NCBI GenBank assembly: GCA_964247055.1
Contig: OZ176050.1
Span: forward strand, 3,534,001 to 3,598,000
Direction: 5' to 3'
Source of the DNA: Paragordius varius
Taxonomy: Eukaryota; Animalia; Nematomorpha
Length of the DNA: 64,000 bases
The stretch's first letter is position 1. Every line of letters begins with the position of its first letter. Shown here piece after piece: positions 12,901 to 24,733 of this stretch. A program made the translations under genes and the position numbers. The notes under the pieces are model-generated. The model was not told the origin of the DNA. It was given only the letters and a program-made list of their open reading frames with translations, and searched no databases.

Positions 12901-14456
12901 ATATTTAGAAATGTGTGGGATTTTTATTTTTGACCGGTCAAAAACCCAAATTTAACTAAGATATATTAAAATAAAAGCAACATTACTCATATTATTAACC
13001 GCAAAAAACCTTAACATTGTCAAGGATAGTGTACTAGTTAAATTAAATAGATATATTTTTGGCTAATATTATATGTTCAATCGTTAACGTTTTTTTAATA
13101 ATTTTCTTATTTAAATGCACCATTCATTTTACCCTTATATATGATATTGCATATTTCGGCGAATATATTTTATTAATTAGGTGGCCCACTCATTAAATTA
13201 ATATCAATATTTTTGGTGAGAATACATATTATTTATGAAGTTTTGCAGGCAAAAGGGTGTTTTTTTGAAAAATTTCAAAATAATTTAAAATTTTTTATAT
13301 AAAAATCAAATTAGAATACTTGGCATTAATAAGGAATATGAGAATTACAAAGAGTATGGGAAAGATGGATGAGGTTTGAAATAGAATGTCCCAAAACGCT
13401 AAAATTAGTTCGAATGTATCCAAACAACTAAATAATGTTTGTATCTATACACATTTTTAAAAACCATGTGTAAACACGATAAATAAAATAAATATAACCA
13501 TTCTTAACTTGCCTGAACCTTATAATAAATATATATATATATATTAAAAACAATACACAAATTATGTGTTAAGATAATTAAAGATGGAATATTGAAAGTT
13601 TCATGAAAAATATTTGGGTAATAATCCCCTGACTGATGAAGCATTATATTTATGACACTTCGATTAATTTTGAATCACACAATATTTTTAATTAATATTT
13701 TCTAATAAACGAAAATTATTTAAAAACCTTTTACTAATATTTTTGGCTTTTCGAATTAAATTAAGAAATGGAAGCATTTTAATTTATATGAAGAAGTATT
13801 ATTAAAAAATGTTTAATTAATGAATACCCAGTGAATTGCGAATTGTTTACATTGTATTTTTTTACTTTCCATAAATGTGAAAAGTTCAGGTTCATGATAT
13901 AATATTAATAATCGTAAAACTATATTGACTAAGTCATCACTGAAATTTAATTTGATTAATACTTTTGTATCGAATAAATTTGAAAAATTTTGACTAAAAT
14001 TTTGTATGTATCATCAATTGACATATTTAATTTCAGGAGAGTGGCTAAAAGTTTGCAGATTATATCCATTTTGCCTTCAAAATCTACCAAATGATATTCT
14101 TTTTGATAAAATGTTATGAGTGTTTCGGCTTTTGATATATTTTCAATATCATCCCCTAATATTATAAATATATAAACCAAATGTATCAACGCATTTCTCT
14201 CTAATAAAGTTTTGATTCGGAAGATCGTATAAAATATTACTCACATTTATAGGATCATCCGATATTTTTAATAAATACTACAAATATATGATAAAAAACT
14301 TTCCAAATCAAAATTCTATCGGCGGAATTGAAATATTTGCCATGACAAAACCGTTTTACTTCCAATCTACGATTTTCTCCTATCAACTTAAACAAATCAT
14401 CCCTAGAAATTAACTCTTTTAAACCTATCTTCGGAATTTGCTTCTATTTTTACCAT
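6983..14456 (-). CDS. TBC1D23: TBC1 domain family member 23 (TBC + rhodanese-like + C-terminal PH-like domain), ~769 aa, 19 exons
   Basis: Exons 14456-14425, 14402-14300, 14277-14178, 14155-13963, 13939-13828, 13444-13320, 12535-12486, 12158-12055, 11762-11616, 11515-11405, 10277-10139, 9817-9653, 9209-9055, 8738-8620, 8447-8305, 8192-8042, 7902-7826, 7607-7440, 7098-6983. All are GT-AG and phase-compatible (2310 nt). Motifs RLLILYHEPEL, FFLVDCRPADQYNNGH, GKHICFMG, SIVKINSRRKNPEIITFKYG and IPDLAGDATKLIK match TBC1D23 as I recall it. Confidence 0.93.
10730..11045 (+). mobile_element. 3' fragment of an RTE-type LINE (decayed) inside TBC1D23 intron 10
   Basis: Frameshifted peptides VCETWQMKK..MLDNKEQKMMNTI and IRIRRLGYYGHLQRL...RVGRPVITW resemble the YGCETW / RLRWAGHV..RGRP..W C-terminus of RTE ORF2. 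Confidence 0.7.
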
Positions 14457-15235
14457 ATGACTGTTCACATGTAAATTTGTGAACCAAAAGCGTTTTGTTT
14501 CATACACCAAACCTCTTTTTGTGCGGAATTGTGTTCTTGTTACATTGACTTTTATGAGATATTTATATTAAAATGATAAACTTTTAGACTGGTTTTTGTT
14601 TAATTATTTAAAACATTAGTTTGAAGAGAACCTTTTTAAACCTTGGAAATTAAGTGCTAACTATATTTTTATGATAATAGTTTTGTTTGCTAAATTTTGC
14701 GGGCCTTTATTGCATTTTTATTGTAGTGCCGATCAATATATGATTATAAGGATGCTTATTTTTAAGAGATTCTATGTTAATCTACATGAGTGACACTCAA
14801 AGCGCGACCCTAAAAGTGCTTTTTTAGTAATTTATTTTAAAAATTTTTTTTACTATATATATCCGCAAATGTGTCAATTAGCTATGACATTTTTATCGGT
14901 GTTATATGGGCACTGTCCCTTTTGCGGTCCTTTTAAATTTTTTGGTGATTACTATTGATCTAAATTTGCCAAAAATCAAGCAAATGCAACCCATGTAAAT
15001 ATTCTTTTGATATGAGCAAAATTTCCGGCCTGCTAGAATCTTTGAGTTAATGGAATAGCTAAGGGTTTTATAATTTGAAAGATATATAATGCACAATCTC
15101 CAATATCTGTGAAATTTGGATTAATTTGTTGGACCGTTTCGTAAACAATATTTTTATAAAAGCAACTATTTTTTAAATGTGCTAAGCAGAGAAAGAATTA
15201 TGGATTATTGTTAGATGTGTTGTGATAATATAAAT

Positions 15236-17683
15236 CAGTGGTACTCACCAAAAAAATTTGACGGGCCAAATAAAATATATTTTTTTTTCGAGGGCCATAA
15301 ATCTTATATTGGCAAATATTCCATAGCTATTTAACACATATGCACATATTTAGACTCTAAATCAGCACAATGAATTTTTTGCGGATCGCATGTAAATCCA
15401 GCTAAAAACTGGTTTACCATTTAGTTTAAAAAATTAAAATATTTTGATAACAATTTTTATTTCGATATTAACCAATTTTTTGACAAATTTGGTTTCACCT
15501 CATGACAGGCCAATCTTAATACATCGTCCATATGATCATCGGTTAAGCAGTTTCTGTATGTATTCTTGACATATTTTATTTTTGAATATGACGTCTCACA
15601 CGTATAAGTTGAGGGAAAAAGAGTTAGGATAACTTGAGCACATTTTTTCATATTTTCATATTTATTTGGCACATCTTGTCAAAACTCTACATATCTTTCT
15701 TCTCTAAGATTCTCTTTGAATATCCAAATTTTTAAAACCTACGAAGTCTTCAATGATATGCGACCGATCAAAACCGAAATCAAGTTGTTTAATATTGATT
15801 ATATCCATATGCCATGGTTTTTTAACGAGTTTTAAGCAATTTTTAATATATCTAATTTTTGAAATTTGAATTACGCCTCATTAGATAAAAATGTTAGATG
15901 ATCTATTATATAATTAATCTCCGCGGTAAATTCCATATTTTCTTCATGAATCGTTTTAAGTGTTGGAAAATATAGATCTAGTTTATATTATTAATTTTTA
16001 AAAGATATTTCATTAGAAAATTGGGTTATTATTTTGCTTCCTTTACGACGTATTCAAAAAGTTAATAAGTAATGTCGCAAAGGTAGGCTAATAAAACCCA
16101 CCATATGTCATTATTAATTTTCTCGTCAAACTTTCTGTTATTTTTTATAAATAAAATTTCATGTCTTAAAACAAAAAATCTATTTAATACTTTGCTATTA
16201 GCCATCTCACAGCGGTGTACAAAAGAATTTAATCAAACACTGTGGATATCTTTCAGAAGGTTTTTTATTTACGGCGGTTGAATTCTCTGCCACGGATGTG
16301 GTTAACTATATCCACAACCGTTTTGATTACTGAATTGAGTGATTCATCTTTTACACACGAAACCAAGTTTTGTGATGAATAAAGCAGTGAAAGGATAAAA
16401 TATTTTGCAAATTATATTTGTTTTTCAAAAGAGGAATACATTCTTCGGTTATTCTAATCATAGATGGACAGCCATCTGTGCAGATCGAAACCAATTTTTC
16501 ATAGATATACCATTATTATCGAAAAAAGTGTTAATTATTTCGAGAAAATCACTTCCTTTCGTGGTAATATTCATTGGTAAAAATTTTAAATATTTATTGT
16601 TGATTATGTTGTCGTTGCAAAATCTTACGAAGATAACACATTGAGGTGTTGCACAAATATCAGTGCTAGAATCAATAGCTTTTCTAAAATATTTGCATTT
16701 TTTCAGAGCCAATAATGTGGTAAAAATATATTTAGACATATCTTCAATGCGTCGAGCACATATTCCAGAAAGTTGAAGTTTTTTAATTTGCCTCATGATT
16801 TAATTTATATGAAATTTATCAAATAAAAAAGCCATTTATTAGACATTCTTTTACTTGGGAATCAGTAAACGGTTTCATATTTTTTCCTAAAATATAACAT
16901 CTTTCATACGAAGCTAATTATACAACTTTTTCCTAGGAGAAAGCTATGGACATATAGATTTTCCTTTTTGGTATAATTTCTTAATCTTTTTACATTTTTC
17001 GTTTTTCCTCATGATTTTATGGTAATTTATAAGAAAAATGAATTATAAAATTGTTTCAATAATGTATTTTTTCATAATTATGTTGTCCTTAATAAGGCAA
17101 ACAACATTTTTATTTTAAACGAAAAAGAATTTTTCTTCCCATTCTTTTTTAAAGGGCGATTTTTATCGGATAATTTACGTTTTTTAGCATTAGATGTTAT
17201 CCTTTAAATTTATGTTTAAATATTGTGTAAATTATTTCAAAAAATAGGAATATAATTTGAATTACGCTATAAAAAAACAAGTTAAAATTTAATGATGTTT
17301 ATTTGAAAAATATTTTATGGGAATGAGTTATAAATAATGAGGCAGGATAGCTATGAAAAGATTATGTATATGCAAGTTTGGATGATAGGCTTGCTTAAAT
17401 ACAAAAAAGGAATGCAATAAAAATTTCAAAGTAGAAAAGAAAATAGAATACAGAAACAGAAATAAGGGCCAAAATTTTGAAATTATTTTAATGTAGGGAA
17501 ATTTTTTTACATTTCAAATTGGGTAATAAAATTAAATCCTAAGAAAATTAATTAATATTAAAATAATCGAAAATTGGTTTATGTGTTAAAAAAATAATAT
17601 AAGTATCAATCAAGATCATAGGGCAATTTTAAAGCACTCATAGGGCCGCATGCGGCCCGCGGGCCGCGGTTTGAGTATCACTG
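15236..17683 (-). mobile_element. Full-length hAT (Buster/Charlie/SPIN group) DNA transposon with a decayed transposase
   Basis: TIRs CAGTGGTACTCA (15236) and TGAGTATCACTG (ending 17683). Perfect 8-bp TSD ATATAAAT (15228-15235 and 17684-17691) with central TA. Subterminal GGGCCGCATGCGGCCCGCGGGCCGC. Minus-strand remnants: KKRKL..EWEEKFFF, ARRIEDM..AIDSSTDI..Q.VIFVRF, and the dimerisation motif LFPSTYTCETSYS.IK..KN.YRN.LTDDH. Confidence 0.92.
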
Positions 17684-17805
17684 ATATAAATCGATAGATT
17701 TCACAATAGATAATTTTTTGTTACACTGCATAGCATATCCATAGCTGTATACAAAATACTAAAAGTTTTCCAAATTTTTTGGATATTTATGCGACTTTTG
17801 TTGTA

Positions 17806-19078
17806 AATATACCATTTGCACATCAATAGTGTCCTTGAACACTTCAAGTTGGTCTTTGAACACTTCAAGTTGGTCTTTGAACATTTCAAGTTGGTCCTTG
17901 AACACAGTCTGTCATTGAACATTTCAAGTTGGCCTTGAACAGTTCAAGTTGGTCCTCAAAATTTTTAAAATATAATTTAACCATAATTTTTGCATTTATT
18001 TTTTTATTTTATTATTTATTAACCTAATTGTCTTTATTTATTATATATTTATTCATTTAATAATAAAATTCTATGAAAAACCACTTTTTTGTTTCAAATT
18101 TTTTTTTTAATTCAACAAAATTATTAACTTTTAAATGTTTTAAATGGAAATTGTAATTAACACTTCGATTCAAATTGGGGTATCTAAATACCCCAGACTA
18201 AATTTAATTTTAAAAAACTACTGAAGGAAACGGTCCCAATTTAAATTTATGCTTCATACCTGATATATATTATATAAATATGCCAAAACATCTTGATAAA
18301 ATTTTGTTTTGAAAAAAAAGCTCCATCTCAAACTACTTGACGCCATTTTTATTTTACAAAATTCTTGCAAAATATCTTTTTTTTTTAATTTTAAGGGTAA
18401 AACTAAAGCTATTTTTTTATATAAATTACATCTAACATTGATAGAAATAGAAAAAGCGGTTTAGTTTGTATAATTTTTCAATTTTACAATTTGACACATG
18501 TCGCGTTGACGAAATTTTTACCTTTCGGAATTAGCTTAAAATAAGTAATATCAAGTATTTTTGAATAAAATTTTCTATATATTTCGGTTTATTAATGTTA
18601 GATAAGTGCAAAATTTTGCCATGGTTTTGATTCCTTCTATATTTTATAAAGAATTTAATTTTAAACAGGCCTGGGGTATCCAACTACCCCAATTTGAATC
18701 GAAGGACTAAAATGAGTGTGTTGTATCCAAGTGTTAATAACCAAGAAAACTTATATATTTTTTCATTTCGTGTTAAAATGTTAAAAATATCCAAAATTAT
18801 TTTAAAAAACAATAAAAATTAATAAAGATGCACGGTTTCTCAAAGATTCAAAGTTGATATCCATTTAAAATATATAAATAAAAATTGGTTAAAAACAATA
18901 AAATAGATGAATTATTTACGATTCGATTGATAAAAGTTAAAAAACAAAACAAAAAAGTCAAAGGCCCAACTTGAAGTGTTCAAGGACCAAAATGAAGTGT
19001 TCAAGGACCAACTTGAACTCTTCATGGACCAACTTGAAATGTTCAAGGACACTCTTGATGTGCAAATGATATATGGAA
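17806..19078. mobile_element. Foldback-type non-autonomous element (family Z) with inverted arms built from 21-bp tandem units; contains an inserted W MITE
   Basis: ACCATTTGCACATCAA+(GTCCTTGAACACTTCAAGTTG)n at ~17810-17960 is inverted at ~18960-19075. The interior matches the 59899-60495 copy in reverse orientation. Confidence 0.75.
18161..18733. mobile_element. piggyBac-like MITE (family W) with TTAA target-site duplication
   Basis: TTAA|CACTTCGAT...ATCCAAGTG|TTAA, with a subterminal ~35-bp inverted repeat (CTTCGATTCAAATTGGGGTA). The paralogous Z copy at ~60225 shows the empty site with a single TTAA. Confidence 0.8.
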
Positions 19079-20025
19079 ATTATTATTAAAAATAAAATAT
19101 AAACCGCTTCGGCATGTTAAGCAGCTAATTTGGGACTTTACACTTTATTTAAAGTTTATGTAAAAAACGCTATAATAAATATTTTATTGAGAATCAAAGT
19201 TACCAATTTTAATAACGGTGCACCCCGTATTTAAAATTGAATTTTATACTGGTTTTGACAATAAAAATATTATCTATGGGTTACCTACGTTTATGAAACC
19301 TTAATGGGATTTCTTATGTTTCGTTATCTACCGCATATTTTATCTAGCGACTCATTATTAAATGGCTAGCATCATAGAAAATATAATATGAATTAAATTA
19401 CATTTTGTCAAAAACATGGATAGCTGATGTCATGATATTTAATTCTATGCGTAATTAGTATAATTATTTTAATATTTATCTCAATTAAAGATGAAAGATC
19501 TAATTAAGACATCCATGTATAAAATATATGGTAAAATGATGACATATCTAGACATCTTAAATATGTAATTCCAAAAAAACTTTATATTATAATTTTTAAT
19601 GATTTCAAGCATTAAATTTATCGACTTTTCAAAAAAACAATAATTATCATATCGTTTAAATAGCTTGTGTACAAAAACTCATCGGAAAGTCATGGCTATA
19701 TTAATATTAAATAAATCAAACATAAATATTGCTGGACAATATTAAATTTTATCAGGTTATCACAGTAGGACGTTAGGATAAAATATCTCTAAAACATAAT
19801 GGACTTGGATTCCTATTAAACAAATTTATAATACTGATTTAAGAATAATCATTTATAAAAAATAGAGTATAAAATCCATATGTTTTAACAGCGTTTTAAC
19901 ATAGGCATACACTAATAATCGATCAAAACAGGATTTATTAAATTCTAAATTACATAAAACTTCAGTGTATATTTTTTTGTGTATATCATATACGATTTGG
20001 ACTTCAAAACTGTCCTTGAACACTT

Positions 20026-20260
20026 CAGAGGCATAACTAGAGGAGGAAGGGGGGCTGATACACCGGGCGCCATAGTTGACGGGGCGCCGGATTTTTTAAA
20101 AAAAAATTTATTTTAGAAAATAGGCATTTTAAAGTTATTATTTTTACATAAAAATCACCCATTAATGAGTGGTCATGACCACGGTTTGAATTTGATTATA
20201 TGAGGGGCGCGTCATCACGGTTTCATGCGCCAAGCTCCAGAAATGCAAGCTTTGCCTCTG
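20026..20260. mobile_element. Small GC-richer MITE inserted in a stray family-Z 21-bp unit
   Basis: Ends CAGAGGCATAACT and AGCTTTGCCTCTG are imperfect TIRs. Flanks rejoin to approximately GTCCTTGAACACTT|CAAGTTG. TSD unclear. Confidence 0.55.
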
Positions 20261-20432
20261 CCTCAAGTTGCTCCTTGTATAAATGATGTATTCCAAGTAC
20301 TCAATTAAGTTTATGTAACAAAATCCATGTTATTTTTGTGTAGGGCTTATTTTACAATTTTATACTCAGCGGCTAAGACAGATTTTAAAAAAATCCATTC
20401 TAAATCCATTATTGTTTGTGAATTTTAATAAC

Positions 20433-20714
20433 TAGGGTTGTGCTCATTAGTCAATGACCTAGGGTCATGACCTAGGTCATGACCATGGTCATGACCACGA
20501 AAAAAAATGACCTAGGTCAATTTTTTTTAATTTTTTATTTTTTTAATTTTACAATTTTTAGCAAAACAAAACCTTATATTATCTATATATGTAATATTTT
20601 GTTTTAAATATCATATGATACACATCTTTTCTTTACTTCCTAAATCCTGATGAAATCAGCCTTGTAGAAATTTTTCGAGCAAAAAAATCAAGTTACATGC
20701 AAGAAATGCAATTA

Positions 20715-20757
<43 letters not shown>

Positions 20758-21821
20758 GAATGAAGAAACATCTAAAAGAAGTTCCTGAAATAAATTATAT
20801 GACAGAGGGTGATGGTCGAAAGCAAGCTAATTATTTAATTTCTTTAGTTTAGTCTTAAAAATTTTGTTTTTAAGAGAAATTGGCCAGAAACATTTAGCAA
20901 AATTTATTTTTACATCCTCAACTCTTAACATAGTTGAAAATAAACATTTACGAAGTTTCATTCATAGTTTAAACCTAATTATTCTATTCCAAATAAAAAA
21001 CAGATCAATGAATTACTAGATTTGTGTTATGAAGATATAAAAATAGAAGTTATTGGAATATGTAAAAACAATATTTCATTAATTGTCGATACCTTCCAAT
21101 ATTCGTAAGAAGCAAATTAATATTATTTATTGGCCAAGGATCCCAAAAATCATTTTTTATTAACTATTGACACATCTTATCATAGTACGACTGCCGAATG
21201 TATCTATAACATAATGAAACCAATAGATATTCGTTGAATTAATGCTATTGTGACCAATAATGCAGCGAACATGATGGCTGCTGAAAATTTGACTAATAAA
21301 GAATATCCTAATATAATATAAATGCCAATGTCATATTTTAAATAATTTGATCAAAGAATATATTTTAATAAGATTACTGTAATTTTAAATGTAGTAGGCA
21401 CGATTATATATTCTAATAAATCGGATAAGAAATTTCCAAGTATAATTTTTTTTTTGTTAACTTTAAGTTCATGGACAAGACTCGTTTTTACACAATCTAA
21501 ATAATTGGAGCACAAATAGGTTTCAATAAATCCATATTTTCTTGTTAGTCTTAGCTTTCTGTGATTTGAAACTTTCTATAAGTCTTTATGTATGATTCCA
21601 AAGATCGTCAATTGTAGAAATTTAAATTATCAGGATTGGAAGTATAATTTTAAAAAAATATATACTTTATGTAAAAACCTTTTCTATGTGATTTAATCAA
21701 GTATTTATGTATGTAGTTATTTAATATTGGCAATAACATATGGTATGACCTAGGTCGGACCTAGGTCCGACCTAGGTCTGACCCCCTTTTTCAAAAAAAG
21801 GGGGTCAAAATCACAACCCTA
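20433..21821 (+). mobile_element. hAT element (TAGGG-type ends) with an internally deleted, decayed transposase
   Basis: TIRs TAGGGTTGTG / CACAACCCTA. Perfect 8-bp TSD TTAATAAC (20425-20432 and 21822-21829). Subterminal arrays of (T)GACCTAGGTC. Internal remnants LNIVENKHLRSFIHSL and AIVTNNAANMMAA resemble hAT PFSIVEN.GF and VTDNAANM motifs. Confidence 0.85.
20717..20752. repeat. (TA)n microsatellite (others at ~5470, 22530, 32210, 41120, 42728, 48400, 55105, 59497)
   Basis: Perfect dinucleotide runs. Confidence 0.95.
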
Positions 21822-21899
21822 TTAATAACTTAAGCAAAAAATGGTTCAAAACCTTTTTATTTTTACATAGTGCTCTTAAAGAGGGTGAAACCTTACCCA

Positions 21900-22400
21900 G
21901 CGACTTACTTAGGCTGAGCTAAAATTTTTGCCATACAGGAAATATTTAAAAGCATATTAGTATCAGCTCCCATAGCTTATCAACGTTGCTAAGCCGCGTT
22001 ACTTATTAGCGTATTTTACAAAAGGATAGGCCCTTTTCAGAGATAAACGCTTGAATTATTACCTTTATACTGGAAAAAACTATCTTAAGCGGAAATTTGC
22101 TTCAAAGCCACGTTATTTCTATATGGTGGAACATTTTACTAAGAATAAACTTCCTGGCGGCTAAAAATCTGTGTTAAAAATTGACATGGGATGCACCTAA
22201 ATCCATTATTGTGTAAAGTCTAATAACGTGAACAAAATATTGCTTCAATGCCACGTTATTCTTACACGGTAGCGTGTCTTACAGAGGGTAAACCCCCATT
22301 ATCGGCTTATTTAAAAAAGATCTAGGCTAAATTTGTTAAAATGGGAAATATTTAAAACCATTATTTACAAGGTCCCATAGCTTTCCGAATGTATAAAATT
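21900..22400. repeat. Diverged direct repeats
   Basis: ~21920-21990 resembles ~22330-22390 (GGAAATATTTAAAA...CCCATAGCTT); ~22090-22145 resembles ~22240-22285 (TTGCTTCAA.GCCACGTTATT). Confidence 0.4.
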
Positions 22401-24733
22401 ATTGTTGGGGTTTGCAAAAATGTTGTTTAGGAGGGGAGTGGTTAAATACATGGGCTAATTTAAAAAAATAACCCACATATGTTCAGAAAAAAGAATAAAA
22501 ATATATCGAATTTTAATAACCCTACCTGTATATATATATATATATATATATAACCAAAATGTTGATCATCTGTATACGGGACATTTACAGTTCGAATTTC
22601 CAATTTAAAATTGGCCCTACAATCCGGATAATTGTTCCATTAACATTTTTTATTTATATATAAGATATGAAGATTACTTGTACATTTCGCCAAAATACCT
22701 TTTTATTTACGATAATATATTATTTAAAGACATTTTTTACATGGATTAATTTTGTTTGTTTCAAGCATAAACGCTTCTAACAGCTAAGTCATTACAGCTA
22801 ATTCTAATTCTTTAACATTTTATGCACAATTATTCATCTTTAGATTTTCAAATTTATACTAATCCTCACGTCAAGTATTTGATAATTAAGAATTACAGAA
22901 TACAGAATGAACATATTTTACGCAATTATCACATTTTCTCCATATTTGATTTATCATTTTTTTGGAATTTAATAGATCATAAACTAAGGCGTTTGAATTA
23001 CTTTTTTATATTATGCATATATTTTTTAGCAGTAATAGTATTTTTAATTATTCTAATGATAGCAAAAGATGATATAATAAAGCCAAAATAAATAGGTTAA
23101 TTATTGTGATTCGCTCTTGTGTGCGCATGAATTTTAGGCGTTTTTTGCCAAAATTAAATAATCACTTGACAAAATATTTTTGGTATGACAGCCAAAAAAT
23201 CCATGTTTCTAGGTTTTGTATCAGTCGCACATATATGCACACTCATATATCGTCTTTTTACTATGCGTTAAACAAAAATTCCTTTTCTTATAGGCTCAAG
23301 TAGTGTCAGTAATGTCCAATTTATATGTGAGAATAATATATTTAGAATTCTTAATAAATGGCCTTCATACATCTACTTAATCTCCTGTGAAGCTATGATA
23401 AAATCGCTAAAAAATGTATATATAGTATGTAGGTGATATCTTTTATAACGTATAATTTTTTGGATAGTAACCTAGAAGTATTTTGCAAACTCCGCAGTAA
23501 TAATAATACAAATCATACATACATGAATGAATAAGTAGGCAGGTGCATGCATATGTGTGCGACAAAAAAATTATATAAACAGACATATATATATATTTGA
23601 AAACCAGGACACGTATTTTATTAAGGTCACTTTGGTCATACATCTATATCACTGAATGTAGAATTGCAAGTCATAATTCCTTGTGCATAAGTATTACAAA
23701 TTGTTTTGGAAGAAAAAAAAAGGTTTTACAAACATAAAATGGTACTTATTCATTAAATGTGCTAAAGCTAAAGGTCAAATTTTGTCATCAAACGTTCCAT
23801 ATTCCTCTACTGCTTAATTTTAATGATAACATAAAACGGATATTATGAAGAGAAATATTTGGCATATACAAATTAGAAAATGGCTTTAACATTATATTAA
23901 GATGGAGAATAAACTCGTCTATTACTCAGCTAGCTAATGTTTTAATGTCTTTTTCGCACTTTAGTATAATGTCAAATCCCATCTCCTCTCTCTATTCATG
24001 AGAAACACCTACCTATACTTTTTATTTCCCTAATATAAAATATATAAAAGCTAATAAAGAAATTTGTTGAAATAATAACCGTAATGATACATGTTATTTC
24101 TAAAATAAGTTTTAAAACTTTTTTGCCTCTAAATTTTATCTTTATATTGAAAAAAGTTCCCAGATTTCCAAATTACCTACCTGCCTTTATTATACTTAAG
24201 TCATAATATTAAAGTAATTACATGCATGCGATGTCATTAATATTAACATAATGATGATTTATTTGGATAGAACTACAATTTTATATTATTTTTCGGATAT
24301 ACAAATAATAAAATAAAATAATTTTATTTCATAATATATTTTTTTTCATATTCTACCATTTTTAATTTTTTTGTTGCAATTAAAAAAATTCATTTAATTT
24401 TATCAGAGTGAGTGACATTTATCCATATCCGTCACTAATTGATTGATCTATTAAAAAGGCGCTCGCCCAATATCCGTTCAATATTTAAAAAATTTCGTGT
24501 TGGCATTTTTTTCTCAAATCCAAAAAAATCAATGCGAAAATCTATATCTAAAAATTCATTTGTTCAGATATTCTTATATATGCTTTTGAATGGAAATGTA
24601 AGCTTTCATTCAAAATATAGAAAAAAATTAAATTTTAAACATATTGTGATGACTTTTACTCATAATCCATTTTGTATAAAATATAAATTTTCAATTTAAG
24701 CCCTTAAATTTATTGGTCTTTTTATTCGATTAG

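Noticed and set aside
13929-13962. Alternative 34-nt version of TBC1D23 intron 4 (acceptor at 13929)
   Set aside because: Phase-incompatible with the upstream donor; only the 23-nt intron keeps the frame.
13940-14424. Assembly indel errors or pseudogenisation as the explanation for the interrupted frames
   Set aside because: Each interruption is bounded exactly by GT...AG, is more AT-rich than the exons, and restores colinear conserved peptides in three independent genes.
17701-17960. CRISPR-like look of the 21-bp repeats, and repetitive ORFs 17701-17922, 59864-60049, 59925-60134 and the start of 60432
   Set aside because: Units are directly adjacent with no unique spacers, the context is eukaryotic with no cas genes, and the 7-aa periodic ORFs simply follow from a 21-bp unit.
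22822-23643. Hydrophobic short ORFs (22822, 23106, 23443) and similar ones at 38386, 39231, 48513, 49463, 59391 and 62544
   Set aside because: I/F/K/N/L/Y-rich translations expected by chance in ~80% AT DNA.
24439-24699. 86-aa ORF just upstream of the ZP large exon as its 5' end
   Set aside because: Non-ATG start, no signal-peptide character, AT-rich low complexity, and it ends in a stop before the 24733 acceptor.
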